A DNA stretch of 62,291 nt from Desulfobacteraceae bacterium (GCA_041685935.1 JAWLES010000001.1:1-62291), one strand, 5' to 3'. Shown: positions 40,001 through 48,556, counted from the stretch's first letter. The notes: a model not told the origin generated them from the letters alone. Made by a program: numbers and translations.

Positions 40001-40181
40001 TCTGAGGGAAATCAAGGGGCTGGACCCGGAAGCCCTTGCAATCGTTGCAAGCGGATACTCCCCTGATGTACAGGCAAACGTCCTGAAGGAGGCCGGGGCG
40101 GAAGGCTACATTGCCAAACCGTATCAGCTTGAGGACCTGCTTTATGCAATTCGCAGGATTGTTGATACAAAGGTGGTTTGA
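37005..40181 (+). CDS. Hybrid sensor histidine kinase (Cache-type periplasmic sensor, PAS repeats, HisKA-HATPase, receiver)
   Basis: Two TM segments flank a ~330-aa double-Cache-like region. PAS-like repeats follow. H-box GGVAHDFNNILQAI, N-box LNLGSNAADA, G-boxes DTGTGI and GTGLGL. The C-terminal receiver has VVDDE and LVIMDLSMPGMGG. Confidence 0.85.
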   Translation: MKIFRSLKAATLLTSFVVLVFLGISLFGSWYFLAMKDHEKEIQSFRQDYLEQEKRNLRREVDRVINYIRYKHEDVLKETRAEIQSRVEKGFDITEGIYEASRGKFPQHRIKGFVKDALRPVRFDRGKGYYFILDTEGTEILYPTEPGHEGKKMLDLRDAEGSYVIREEIRKAKEQGSGFVRAYWKKPGGPDQMIYPKISYVKLFKPLDWIIGTGVYLDDKEKAARNKILKRIESINYGRDDYVYVLGTDGRLLSHPIDSLVNKALSDIKNPERVKVIKDQLALCEKNGEGFLRYRWMKPSLDRRAEKLTFVKSYPRWGWIIGTGVYIDDVETKVAKANSSFREKFKSRLILAFCFFAFFIIASLFLSAFLWRKVKSGLDSFREFFIQSAAEHTVIDESALAFSEFSEIASYANRMNFERMTAENRLKSSEQKYRNILESIEEGYYEVDLTGRLTFCNQALCDILGYDMTELKLMEYKDYMDVDNSRAIYRTFNKVYRTGVSEKVFDWKVVRRDGERRYLQTSVALLKDNDGNRTGFRGMARDITEKKQVEEELTGTRKFLEDILESAVDGITTTDLKGNIGYFSTKMLHLLGYEKNELIGKKVYTIYENGIEDARYIMRELNEKGDLKDHEMRLVTSDGELIDIIVSASFLRNHKDEVTGTMGVFKDMTEKKSLEYQLRQAQKMEAIGTLAGGVAHDFNNILQAISGYTTIMSMDKGREDPDYKSLNAIKKSAERAAELVKKLLVFSRKMDTEKSPLNINQEVEQANSILKRTIPKMIDIEVELEKEPGIIHADPVQIEQVILNLGSNAADAMPDGGKITIKTRNVSLDREFVRAHMGSASGNYVMLTVSDTGTGIDPETKEHIFEPFFTTKELGRGTGLGLASVYGIVKNHGGYITCDSEVGEGTRFTIYFPVFKKGSGRLDREMGNNTPKGGTETILVVDDEKAILDFCGSALGRFGYEVITASSGEEAIELYKERQDTIDLVIMDLSMPGMGGQRCLREIKGLDPEALAIVASGYSPDVQANVLKEAGAEGYIAKPYQLEDLLYAIRRIVDTKVV

Positions 40182-40667
40182 ATGGCGGCTGACAAGGTGG
40201 CAAAAGCAGCGGAGATTGAACGAATTGCCTCAGAGTACAGGCGGAGCGGAGAAAAGGTTGTTTTTACCAACGGGTGTTTTGATATTCTTCATGCAGGGCA
40301 TGTTATGTACCTGGAGAAGGCGGCCGCTTTCGGGAATATCCTGATTGTCGGCCTTAACTCGGATGCCTCGGTGAAACTTATTAAAGGGCCCCAAAGACCT
40401 ATAATTTCTGAAAACGAAAGGGCGCTTGTGCTTTCGGCCCTGTATTTTGTGAATCATGTGGTACTGTTTGATGAACCTGATCCAGGGGAGCTGATCCGTA
40501 AGATCCGGCCCGCTGTTCTTGTCAAGGGGGCTGACTGGGAGGAAGACAGCATTGTCGGGGCCCAATTCGTCAAGGAGCACGGCGGGCGCGTCCAGCGCAT
40601 ATCTTTTGAATACCAGGTCTCAACCTCTGAAATCATAGAGCGGATCAAGAGGGGGAATCATGCCTGA
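40182..40667 (+). CDS. hldC: D-glycero-beta-D-manno-heptose 1-phosphate adenylyltransferase (RfaE domain II type)
   Basis: Cytidylyltransferase-fold HxGH motif in VFTNGCFDILHAGHVMYL, with the size and layout of HldE domain II. Confidence 0.85.
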   Translation: MAADKVAKAAEIERIASEYRRSGEKVVFTNGCFDILHAGHVMYLEKAAAFGNILIVGLNSDASVKLIKGPQRPIISENERALVLSALYFVNHVVLFDEPDPGELIRKIRPAVLVKGADWEEDSIVGAQFVKEHGGRVQRISFEYQVSTSEIIERIKRGNHA

Positions 40668-41436
40668 TGAAACAGTTTCCAACGGTATCCGGTTTTTCGA
40701 ATTCGAGGTCTTAAAACGGTATCCGGAAATCGTACACGGTGTGTTCACGCGCCAGGGGGGTGTGAGCATCACCCCGTTCGATTCCCTGAATGTCTCTTTT
40801 TCAGCCGGAGACGTACCTGAACGTGTAACAGAAAACCGGGCGAGGATACAGCACGCCCTTGACTCAGACAGCGTACCCGTGTATATCCGTCAGGTCCACG
40901 GGGACCGCACCGTCGAGGTGGATGCCGGAGCCAATGACGGAGGATCCGGGCCGCCGGAGGCGGACGGCATGGTTACCGACCGCCTGCAAAGACTGCTTGT
41001 TATACAGGTTGCGGACTGCCAGTCGGTGCTGATGTTTGACCCGGAGAAAAAAGCGGCAGCCAATGTTCATTCAGGCTGGCGCGGGAGTGTCTGCAATATT
41101 ATCGGCAAATGCATAGATTTTATGGCAGCCCGTTTCGGAACCCGGCCCAAGGATATTGTCGCCGGGGTGGGGCCTTCACTGGGACCCTGCTGTGCGGAAT
41201 TCATCAATTTCCAAAGGGAGATTCCGGTGCATCTTCACGGGTACAGAACCGAAAGAGAAGGGGTTTTTTTCGATTTCAGGAAGATGAGTGCGGATCAGAT
41301 GGTTCAAAAAGGTGTAAAAGCAGCTAATATTGAACTCATGGATATCTGCACCAAGTGCCGTCCGGACCTGTTTTACTCCTACAGGCGGGACCGGGTAACG
41401 GGCCGGTTTGCTTCGGCGATCGGGATTGTGAAATGA
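40660..41436 (+). CDS. pgeF: Peptidoglycan editing factor PgeF (YfiH / laccase-domain family)
   Basis: QVHG, VADCQSV, HSGWRG, and the CC...F and YSYRRD tail. Confidence 0.85.
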   Translation: MPDETVSNGIRFFEFEVLKRYPEIVHGVFTRQGGVSITPFDSLNVSFSAGDVPERVTENRARIQHALDSDSVPVYIRQVHGDRTVEVDAGANDGGSGPPEADGMVTDRLQRLLVIQVADCQSVLMFDPEKKAAANVHSGWRGSVCNIIGKCIDFMAARFGTRPKDIVAGVGPSLGPCCAEFINFQREIPVHLHGYRTEREGVFFDFRKMSADQMVQKGVKAANIELMDICTKCRPDLFYSYRRDRVTGRFASAIGIVK

Positions 41437-41456
41437 ATGGCCTGACAGGGAAAAAA

Positions 41457-42500
41457 ATGAACAAGGAAATATTTCTGACACAGACGGTAAGCGCAGCCGG
41501 TTGAGCTGCCAAACTCGATCCCGGGGTCCTGGATCGCATTGTATCAAGGCTTGAAGTGAAAGGTAGCGATAACCTGCTTGTCGGACTTGATACCTCGGAT
41601 GACGCAGGAGTGTACAAAATCAATGCTGATACCGCCCTGATTCAGACACTTGATTTTTTAACGCCTGTGACTGATGATCCGTATCAATTCGGACAGATTG
41701 CCGCTGCCAATTCATTGAGTGATATTTACGCCATGGGCGGAGTTCCGATAACAGCCATGAATATTGTCTGCTTCCCCGGAGAAACCCTCTCGGAAGAGGT
41801 TCTTGAAAAAACGCTTCAGGGAGGGCTTGAGAAAATTAATGAGTCCGGAGCCACCCTTGTCGGAGGCCATAGTGTGGAAGACGCCGAATTCAAGTACGGA
41901 CTCTCTGTCACAGGTATCGCACACCCGGACAGGATTCTCACCAACAAGGGGGCGTGCGAGGGCCAGCAGCTGATTCTCACCAAACCCCTGGGAACGGGGA
42001 TTGCCGCCACTGCACTGAAAGCGGATCTGGCCGGCGGAAAAACATCCCGCAGAATTGTTTCCGTGATGGCCCAGTTGAACCGGTATGCTGCTGAAATCAT
42101 GAGCAAATACCATGTAGGGGCTGTAACCGATGTGACCGGATTCGGCCTTGCAGGACACCTTCTGGAGATGGCCAGGGCGAGTGGCAAGGACATGACGGTG
42201 TTCTCCGGTAAAATCCCGGTTATTGAAGGGGTGGAAGAGTTCGCCTCAATGGGGCTGGTCCCGGCAGGGGCCCACAAAAACAGAAATTTTTTCGGATCAA
42301 GGGTTCGGTTCGGGCCGGATGTCGGCCGGTTTCTTCAGGATATCGTTTTCGATCCCCAGACTTCGGGCGGCCTTGTGATCAGTATTGACAACCGGGATGC
42401 AAAAGATTGTGTCACTGAAATGGAAACATCCGGAATCGAGGCGCGGATTATCGGGGAAGTCAAGGCGGCGGAGAGCTGCGGTGCGCTTTTGGTGGAATGA
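41457..42500 (+). CDS. selD: Selenide, water dikinase (selenophosphate synthetase), Sec-containing form
   Basis: ATG at 41457 reads MNKEIFLTQTVSAAG-UGA(41502-41504)-AAKLDPGVLDRIV..., in frame with track ORF 41556-42500. The UGA aligns with Cys17 of E. coli SelD (GAGCGCK). The body has GLDTSDDAGVYK and DDPYQFGQIAAANSLSDIYAMGG. Confidence 0.85.
41516..41536 (+). promoter_or_regulatory. Candidate SECIS hairpin in selD
   Basis: CGATCC (41516-41521) pairs with GGATCG (41531-41536). The 9-nt loop CGGGGUCCU contains GGUC. The hairpin starts 12 nt after the UGA. Confidence 0.4.
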
Positions 42501-42511
42501 ATAATTTCAGA

Positions 42512-42540
42512 TTGACTTATGTGAATTCATGTGCTATTTG
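42512..42540 (+). promoter_or_regulatory. Candidate sigma70-type promoter for the atpZ-I-B-E operon
   Basis: TTGACT (42512-42517), 17-nt spacer, TATTTG (42535-42540). Confidence 0.35.
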
Positions 42541-42586
42541 CTCGTGAGATAATTTGATCTTTGAGTATAAAAACAGGGAACACCTG

Positions 42587-42808
42587 ATGGGAGAGAAGGA
42601 TAAATACCGGAACCTGAAAGATCTTGCCTACTACAGCAGTCTCGGGCTTTCCGTGGCTCTTTCGATATTTATCGGGCTCTTTTTAGGTGTGTGGCTTGAT
42701 AAAAAGTTTGAGACAACGCCGGTTTTGACCCTGGTAGGGCTTGGAATGGGCATTGTGGCGGGTTTCCGGAACCTTGCCAGGGCGGCTAAAAAGAGCAGGA
42801 GAATGTAA
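42587..42808 (+). CDS. atpZ: AtpZ/ATPase_gene1-like small membrane protein
   Basis: Two-TM small protein: GLSVALSIFIGLFLGVWLDKKFETTPVLTLVGLGMGIVAG. It is the first gene before atpI-atpB-atpE. I prefer the ATG at 42587; the track start at 42554 is a TTG. Confidence 0.55.
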   Translation: MGEKDKYRNLKDLAYYSSLGLSVALSIFIGLFLGVWLDKKFETTPVLTLVGLGMGIVAGFRNLARAAKKSRRM

Positions 42809-42823
42809 AAGAGGGTGGATTCA

Positions 42824-43225
42824 ATGGAGATACCAAAACGGATCATTGATTTTGTGACTGCATCAAACTGGTTTTTGTTTGTTGTGGTGACCCTTTTCAG
42901 TTTTATCAATACACCGTTCCGTTTTGCATGCGGTTTCATGCTTGGAGCGTTTATCGTTACGGTCAATTTTCACTTTCTTAAAACAACGTTGAAAAAAACA
43001 TTCAACCCTTCCCGGGTCATATACGACGGGCGAATGATTTTAACCGGCGTTCTGGTTAAGTACTACATCAGATTTATAGTAAGCGGGCTTGTGATCTTCC
43101 TGCTTATATCAAAGGATATTGTGAACCCGTTGGGTCTTCTGGCAGGCCTTTCGGTGGTGGTTGCAAGCATGTTTTCAGCAACCATTATTGAGTTAACAAA
43201 ACTTATTTTCAGGGAGGCGGTTTAA
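42824..43225 (+). CDS. atpI: ATP synthase protein I
   Basis: ~133-aa four-TM protein directly upstream of atpB. GAGGGTGG precedes the ATG at 42824; the track start at 42815 is a GTG. Confidence 0.6.
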   Translation: MEIPKRIIDFVTASNWFLFVVVTLFSFINTPFRFACGFMLGAFIVTVNFHFLKTTLKKTFNPSRVIYDGRMILTGVLVKYYIRFIVSGLVIFLLISKDIVNPLGLLAGLSVVVASMFSATIIELTKLIFREAV

Positions 43226-43226
43226 G

Positions 43227-43916
43227 GTGGAACATCCATATCTTGTTTTTGTTAAATTCTTCGAATTGATCGGACTGGGGCATTGGGCCCATAATAACCC
43301 CCATGTGATTTACATGTGGATCGCCATGATTCTTTTAATCGTTTTCGGGTGGCTTGCCGGGAAAAATACACAACTTGTTCCGAAGCCGTTGCAGAATATT
43401 TTTGAAGTACTGGTGTCCGGGCTTGAAGAGTTTATGGTCGATATGACGGGAGAAGATGGAAGATGGCTTTTTCCTCTTTGCGCAACCATTTTTCTGTTTA
43501 TTCTGATTAGTAATCTGATGGGACTTGTTCCCGGGTTTTATCCGGCCACGGCAAGTATAAATACAACCCTGGCATGCGCTCTTGTGGTCGTTCCCTTCAG
43601 CTGGATGGTGGGAATCAAATACCATGGCCCGAAATACATCAAGCACTTCCTGGGTCCTGTCTGGTGGATGGCGCCTTTCATGCTGGTTATCGAGCTCATC
43701 GGCCATTTGGCCAGAATTCTGTCCCTGTCTTTCCGTCTTTTCGGTAATATAACCGGGCATGAGCTTGTGGTCACGATTCTCCTGGTGCTGGCCGGACTGT
43801 TTCTGGCACCGCTGCCGATTATGGCGCTGGGTATATTTATCTCTCTGCTACAGGCTTTTGTTTTTTTTCTGCTGTCCGTCATGTACTTTGCAGAGGCCAT
43901 TGAAGAGGCGCACTGA
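43227..43916 (+). CDS. atpB: F0F1 ATP synthase subunit a
   Basis: The conserved Arg helix is present in LARILSLSFRLFGNITGHE. GTG start. Confidence 0.9.
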   Translation: MEHPYLVFVKFFELIGLGHWAHNNPHVIYMWIAMILLIVFGWLAGKNTQLVPKPLQNIFEVLVSGLEEFMVDMTGEDGRWLFPLCATIFLFILISNLMGLVPGFYPATASINTTLACALVVVPFSWMVGIKYHGPKYIKHFLGPVWWMAPFMLVIELIGHLARILSLSFRLFGNITGHELVVTILLVLAGLFLAPLPIMALGIFISLLQAFVFFLLSVMYFAEAIEEAH

Positions 43917-44051
43917 TTATCAGATATATCATCCGGCCGGACCTACCCTGGCTTAAGCTTTGTTCAGGCCGGAGACAATACGGTTTTTGTACGGGAAATG
44001 GAAGAAGCCCGTTGTTTAGTATAACTGTAACTTTAATTTGAAAAGGAGTAG

Positions 44052-44321
<270 letters not shown>

Positions 44322-44372
44322 TATTAGGATTTCAGCCGGTAATGCACGGCTGGATCATGATAGTTGTTAGTT

Positions 44373-44414
44373 AAAAGGGTGTCTGATCCTCCGCGGGTCA
44401 GATACCCTTTTTTA
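44373..44414. terminator. Bidirectional intrinsic terminator between atpE and the convergent NUDIX gene
   Basis: AAGGGTGTCTGA...TCAGATACCCTT stem with one G-U pair. It is flanked by an A-run (5') and TTTTTTATTT (3'). Confidence 0.7.
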
Positions 44415-44940
44415 TTTCTCCGATCCTGAAGGGAAACCCTCCTTTGCGTCTGTCTTCAAAGTATCGTATCAACGTCTGTTCTATTACAGGGAAGGCAAGC
44501 AGGTCCCAGGGGATGTTATCTTCCCTGAAAAGTCTAACCTCACTGCTTTCAGGGGTAGGGCCGAAGGATTTGTCTTTGAGCTGTGCCCTGAACAGTAAAT
44601 ATATCTGATTGACGAACACTATGTTGTACATGATAAACGGGTCGATCAGGTCCACCGTTGCGCCTGTCTCCTCTTGTGTTTCTCTCAGTGCGCCCTGCTG
44701 GACCGTCTCTCCGTTTTCCAGGTAGCCCGCCGGGAGTGTCCATTTCCCGGTGCACGGCTCTATGTTGCGCCTGCAAAGGAGAATTTCCCGGCCCCATTCA
44801 GGGATGCATCCCACCACCATTTTGGGGTTCAGGTAATGAATAAACCCGCATACCGGGCATACCGGCCGTGGTTGATCATCTGATTCAGGGATTCTGTTTT
44901 CCATTCCGGCGCCGCATTGGCAACAATACTTGATATTCAT
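44398..44940 (-). CDS. NUDIX hydrolase with N-terminal zinc ribbon
   Basis: CCQCG...CPVCG ribbon. Nudix box GYLENGETVQQGALRETQEETG. Confidence 0.8.
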   Translation of the reverse strand: MNIKYCCQCGAGMENRIPESDDQPRPVCPVCGFIHYLNPKMVVGCIPEWGREILLCRRNIEPCTGKWTLPAGYLENGETVQQGALRETQEETGATVDLIDPFIMYNIVFVNQIYLLFRAQLKDKSFGPTPESSEVRLFREDNIPWDLLAFPVIEQTLIRYFEDRRKGGFPFRIGEIKKGI

Positions 44941-45185
44941 GAAATGTCCTTTTTGCCCCGTCCGGCAGCTATTTCAGATCCTTCACCATCCCGGGACCAA
45001 TACTCTGTCGCGGCAGCCGGCCTGTGGAGCCTGGTATGAAAATCCACAACAATCTTGCCGGTAATAATTTGAAGCTGATGCATGCGTCTCTTCGGGTTGT
45101 CGTTTTTTGCTTGCTTGTTAATTTATTATGGTATATTTTGAAAGTCAAAGAAATGTTTGCCAAAATTTGAAAACAGGGTTGAAAC

Positions 45186-45662
45186 ATGGCTGAAGAGCTT
45201 GGAAATCAATCGGCGGAGAACCCCGGGGAAGACGCGGAGGAATCCCTTGAACTGGAGGCTGTTGAAGAGAATAAGGATTTTGATCGACAGCTTCGCAAGT
45301 CCTATCGTGTTCATGTAAAAGACAGGCAGGACTGCACTGTGACCATGGAGAACAACACCTATCCACTGAAAGATTTCAGCCTGACAGGCCTTGGCGTGAG
45401 AATTGAAGCCGAGGTGGTTTTTCAGCTGGGCGAGTTTCTGGGGGATGCGATTTCCGGTGTTCGGCTCGATCTCGTTGATGAAATTATCGAGGATCTTGAA
45501 TACAAGATCGTTCACATCTCTCCTGACACGGATAACCATATGGTGTGCGGAATGGTCTGGCTGAACCCTTCACATGAAAACGAAGATAAACTCTATGGTG
45601 TTTTGAAATCGCTGAAGGATGGATCACTTAACCCCGATGATATGGATGAAAACCAGGAATAG
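45186..45662 (+). CDS. PilZ domain protein (paralog A)
   Basis: Acidic N-terminus. RKSYR (RxxxR) and DFSLTG (DxSxxG). Confidence 0.6.
   Translation: MAEELGNQSAENPGEDAEESLELEAVEENKDFDRQLRKSYRVHVKDRQDCTVTMENNTYPLKDFSLTGLGVRIEAEVVFQLGEFLGDAISGVRLDLVDEIIEDLEYKIVHISPDTDNHMVCGMVWLNPSHENEDKLYGVLKSLKDGSLNPDDMDENQE
45294..45620 (+). repeat. Diverged tandem duplication, copy 1 (PilZ module)
   Basis: Encodes CTVTMENNTYPLKDFSLTGLGVRIEAEVVFQLGEFLGD...LEYKIVHISPDTDNHMVCGMVWLNP. This is collinear with copy 2 at 45907-46233. Confidence 0.7.
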
Positions 45663-45675
45663 GTGTTGTGCCTGA

Positions 45676-46251
45676 ATGAATGATGCACGGAAAAAAGATG
45701 TAATGACGGATCTTCTGTCAGGCGAGGATGAAATACCCTCGGGTGACCGGGATCTGGATTGCTACATCTACAGGTCGGGCGGTTCTCCTTCTGGCAGGAG
45801 TATCAAGCCGGATCCCCTGACGGAATCTGTTTCAGAAGGTTCCCCGGGATCGTTATCGGACGGGATTGAGATGGTAGCGGATGATCCTGCCGGGGACAGG
45901 CCTTCCAGAAGAGCGGCCCGCATTTACGTTAAAGAAAGGCCGGACTGCACCGTGACGATAGAGAACAATACCTACCCCCTGAAAGATATCAGCATGACCG
46001 GACTCGGCGTCAGTATCGAGACGGAGTTCGTTTTTCAGCTCGGTGAATTTCTCGGTGATGTGATTAAAGACATCCGGGTCGATCTTATGGACGAATGTCT
46101 GGATCAGCTTGAGTATAAGATTGTGCATATCTCCCCTGATACCCGGAACAATCTGGTGTGCGGTATGGTCTGGCTCAACCCCACGCAGGAAAAGGTGGAA
46201 AAGCTGTTTCATATTCTAAAAAGGCTGAAGGGTGAAAAAGCTGATGACTGA
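45676..46251 (+). CDS. PilZ domain protein (paralog B) with N-terminal MND..KKDVM module
   Basis: RRAAR (RxxxR) and DISMTG (DxSxxG). The N-terminal ~35 aa are shared with the next ORF. Confidence 0.6.
   Translation: MNDARKKDVMTDLLSGEDEIPSGDRDLDCYIYRSGGSPSGRSIKPDPLTESVSEGSPGSLSDGIEMVADDPAGDRPSRRAARIYVKERPDCTVTIENNTYPLKDISMTGLGVSIETEFVFQLGEFLGDVIKDIRVDLMDECLDQLEYKIVHISPDTRNNLVCGMVWLNPTQEKVEKLFHILKRLKGEKADD
45907..46233 (+). repeat. Diverged tandem duplication, copy 2 (PilZ module)
   Basis: Encodes CTVTIENNTYPLKDISMTGLGVSIETEFVFQLGEFLGD...LEYKIVHISPDTRNNLVCGMVWLNP. Confidence 0.7.
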
Positions 46252-46299
46252 TGAGGACGGTGTAGCTAATTACATATACAGAGCGAACATAATGTTCAA

Positions 46300-46638
46300 A
46301 TGAATGATGAAGATAAAAAAGATGTAATGGACAATATCCTCGCAGGGCGGGATGACCTTTCCCCCAGGCACGAGGAACTGGACTGCTTTATATACAGGAC
46401 TGATGAAAGCGGCAGTGTGAAAGAGATCCATCCGTATGAAAGCGGACGGGCCCCGATTGAAGAGGAACGGAAATGGGAATTCACCAAGGACAACGTGACC
46501 ATTCAGGTCTGGCCGGCCAAAGCCAGGATCAGGTTTAAAATCGCAGCCGGGGAGAAAAAGCGTAATGTGTCCCTGAAACAGCTGGCAAATGTGGCGGTGG
46601 AGGCTATTATAAAAGAACTACAAAAGGAGGATAAGTGA
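46300..46638 (+). CDS. Hypothetical protein sharing the N-terminal module of paralog B
   Basis: Compare MNDEDKKDVMDNILAGRDDLSPRHEELDCFIYRT here with MNDARKKDVMTDLLSGEDEIPSGDRDLDCYIYRS in ORF 45676. There is a GTGA overlap with the downstream ParA-like gene. Confidence 0.5.
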   Translation: MNDEDKKDVMDNILAGRDDLSPRHEELDCFIYRTDESGSVKEIHPYESGRAPIEEERKWEFTKDNVTIQVWPAKARIRFKIAAGEKKRNVSLKQLANVAVEAIIKELQKEDK

Positions 46639-47591
46639 CTGTTATTGTCTGTCCTAAGTGCGCCAAGAAGCACAATATATCCGCGGATGCCGTCAAGAAG
46701 AAACTCCCCTCTGCAAAGAGTTTCATTGCCAAATGCAAAGCCTGTCATAACAGGTTCCCGGTTTCCATAGACCAGATTCTGGATGATGAGAAAAGCAAAA
46801 AGGTCGAGCCGGATCGGAAAATAAAAAATCAGCCCGCCAGGAAGCTTTGCATCGCCCTGAGCAAGGGCGGTGTAGGGAAGACCACAACCTCGACCAACCT
46901 TGGCGCATGCCTGGCACTGGCCGGGTACAAGGTTCTGATAGTTGATACCGACACCCAGGGACAGGTGTCATATCTTCTCGGCAAGAAGCCGAAATCAGGG
47001 CTTACCGAACTCTTGACAGCCGAACTGGAGCCTCAGGAGATCCTGATAAAGGCAAGGGAGAACTTGTGGCTCCTTGCCGGCGGCAAGTCCCTTGCCGGTG
47101 TGAAGCGGATCATTGACAGGAAAAGTTTCGGTGCCGAATGGACACTGCATGAGGCAATGAAACCGTTTGAGTACCAGTACGATTTTATTATCATTGATAC
47201 TGCACCCGGATGGGATCAGCTGAGTGTCAATGTTTTCTTTTATGCCACCGAAGTCCTTGTGCCTGTTGCTCTTGAGTTTATGCCGCTTCAGGGGCTTTCC
47301 GAATTTTTAAAGAGCCTGGGTTCCATACAGCGGTACAGGCGGGACGTGGAGCTGAAGTACATTCTTCCCACTTTCATGGACGCAAGGATTAAAGGCCCCC
47401 AGGAGATTTTCGCAAAGCTCAAGCAGCTTTATCCCGAGTATATTTGCAAGCCCATCAGATACAGTGAGAGCCTCAGTGAAGCACCTTCTTTCGGAAAGAC
47501 CATTTTCGAGTTCGCACCCGGATGCAATGCTTCAGCAGATTACAGGGAGCTTGCCAGAAAAGTGACCCTGGATGATTCACTTCTCCTGTAG
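46635..47591 (+). CDS. ParA/MinD-family ATPase with N-terminal zinc ribbon
   Basis: CPKC...CKAC ribbon (MJ0042-like). Deviant Walker A LSKGGVGKTTT and Walker B FIIIDTAPG. Confidence 0.8.
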   Translation: MTVIVCPKCAKKHNISADAVKKKLPSAKSFIAKCKACHNRFPVSIDQILDDEKSKKVEPDRKIKNQPARKLCIALSKGGVGKTTTSTNLGACLALAGYKVLIVDTDTQGQVSYLLGKKPKSGLTELLTAELEPQEILIKARENLWLLAGGKSLAGVKRIIDRKSFGAEWTLHEAMKPFEYQYDFIIIDTAPGWDQLSVNVFFYATEVLVPVALEFMPLQGLSEFLKSLGSIQRYRRDVELKYILPTFMDARIKGPQEIFAKLKQLYPEYICKPIRYSESLSEAPSFGKTIFEFAPGCNASADYRELARKVTLDDSLLL

Positions 47592-47605
47592 CTGCCAGAC
47601 TTCTT

Positions 47606-47635
47606 CCGGTCCTCAGAATAAGATATGAGGACCGG
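47606..47635. terminator. Hairpin between convergent ParA-like and rpiR genes
   Basis: Perfect 10-bp stem CCGGTCCTCA / TGAGGACCGG with a 10-nt loop. There is no clear U-tract on either strand. Confidence 0.45.
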
Positions 47636-47637
47636 GC

Positions 47638-48501
47638 TCAATCGAGATTGAACAGGATGTCGTTCTCCCTGTAGGCTTTTTCCAGCTTCTCCTGGTGTTC
47701 AGTGACGTCGTCTCCCTTTGTTTTGATCACTTCGTTTAAAAGATGGATGATCAGGCAGAGCATGGAAGAAGAGCTTTCATAAAACGGAATGGTTTTGGGC
47801 CGGGTGATAAGGTGGTGATGAGAGAACTGGATCAGCGGGCAGGCGATGCTGTCTGCAATCACAACGAGCTTCATTCCCAGCTGTTTGGCGTACTTTCCCA
47901 CCCGGATCAGCTCATTGGGATACCTTGAAATGGCCACAATCACAACCACGGAATCTTCACGCGCAACAGTCAGCCAGTCAAGTGAAGTCCTGTCACTTCC
48001 CTTAAGAATGTTTACATCCTTCCTGATTTTGGTCATGGCCCATCCCATGTAGTAGGCCGCATGATAGGAGAGTCTGGAGCCGACAATGTATACCGAGGAG
48101 CGGCTGCATAAAAGCGAAACGATTTTTTCTGCTTCGTCTCTGTCAATGGACTCGAGTAAAGCCTTCAGGTTGTCGATTTCCCTGGCAACCGTCAGTTCAA
48201 GCCCGTTTTCCCCGGTGTCGGCAATGCTCATCTCTTTTCGCTCAAGCAGGGTCAGTTCCGAGTCAATGAATTTTCTCAATTCGTTTTTAAACTCGGAGTA
48301 GGTGGAATAGCCGATTTGCCGGACGAACCTGACAACGGTGGCCTCACTTACACCTGCCTTGTCCGCAAGGTCTCTGGTGGCCAGAAAAACCGCCTTGGTG
48401 GGGTTCTCCAGAATAAACCGGGCCAGTTTTCTCCCTTTCGGGGTAAGCTCCTTCTCTTTTGCTTGTATGGCAAGGCTGAAAGATTTTTCTGAAAAGTTCA
48501 T
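47638..48501 (-). CDS. MurR/RpiR family transcriptional regulator (HTH + SIS)
   Basis: N-terminal HTH_6-type region (LATRDLADKAGVSEATVVRFVRQIGY). The C-terminal SIS domain has VYIVGSRLSY and VVVIVAISRYPNE. Confidence 0.85.
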   Translation of the reverse strand: MNFSEKSFSLAIQAKEKELTPKGRKLARFILENPTKAVFLATRDLADKAGVSEATVVRFVRQIGYSTYSEFKNELRKFIDSELTLLERKEMSIADTGENGLELTVAREIDNLKALLESIDRDEAEKIVSLLCSRSSVYIVGSRLSYHAAYYMGWAMTKIRKDVNILKGSDRTSLDWLTVAREDSVVVIVAISRYPNELIRVGKYAKQLGMKLVVIADSIACPLIQFSHHHLITRPKTIPFYESSSSMLCLIIHLLNEVIKTKGDDVTEHQEKLEKAYRENDILFNLD

Positions 48502-48531
48502 GGGATACCTGTGAAATTTTGGTACGATTTA

Positions 48532-48556
48532 TTTGTTGACAAGTTTTGTTACATAT
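48532..48556. promoter_or_regulatory. Shared 25-nt motif, copy 1 (rpiR / aor intergenic region)
   Basis: TTTGTTGACAAGTTTTGTTACATAT. It matches copy 2 at 51610-51634 at every position except one A/G. A degenerate third copy, AGTTTTGTTTTAACA, lies at 48575-48589. Confidence 0.6.
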
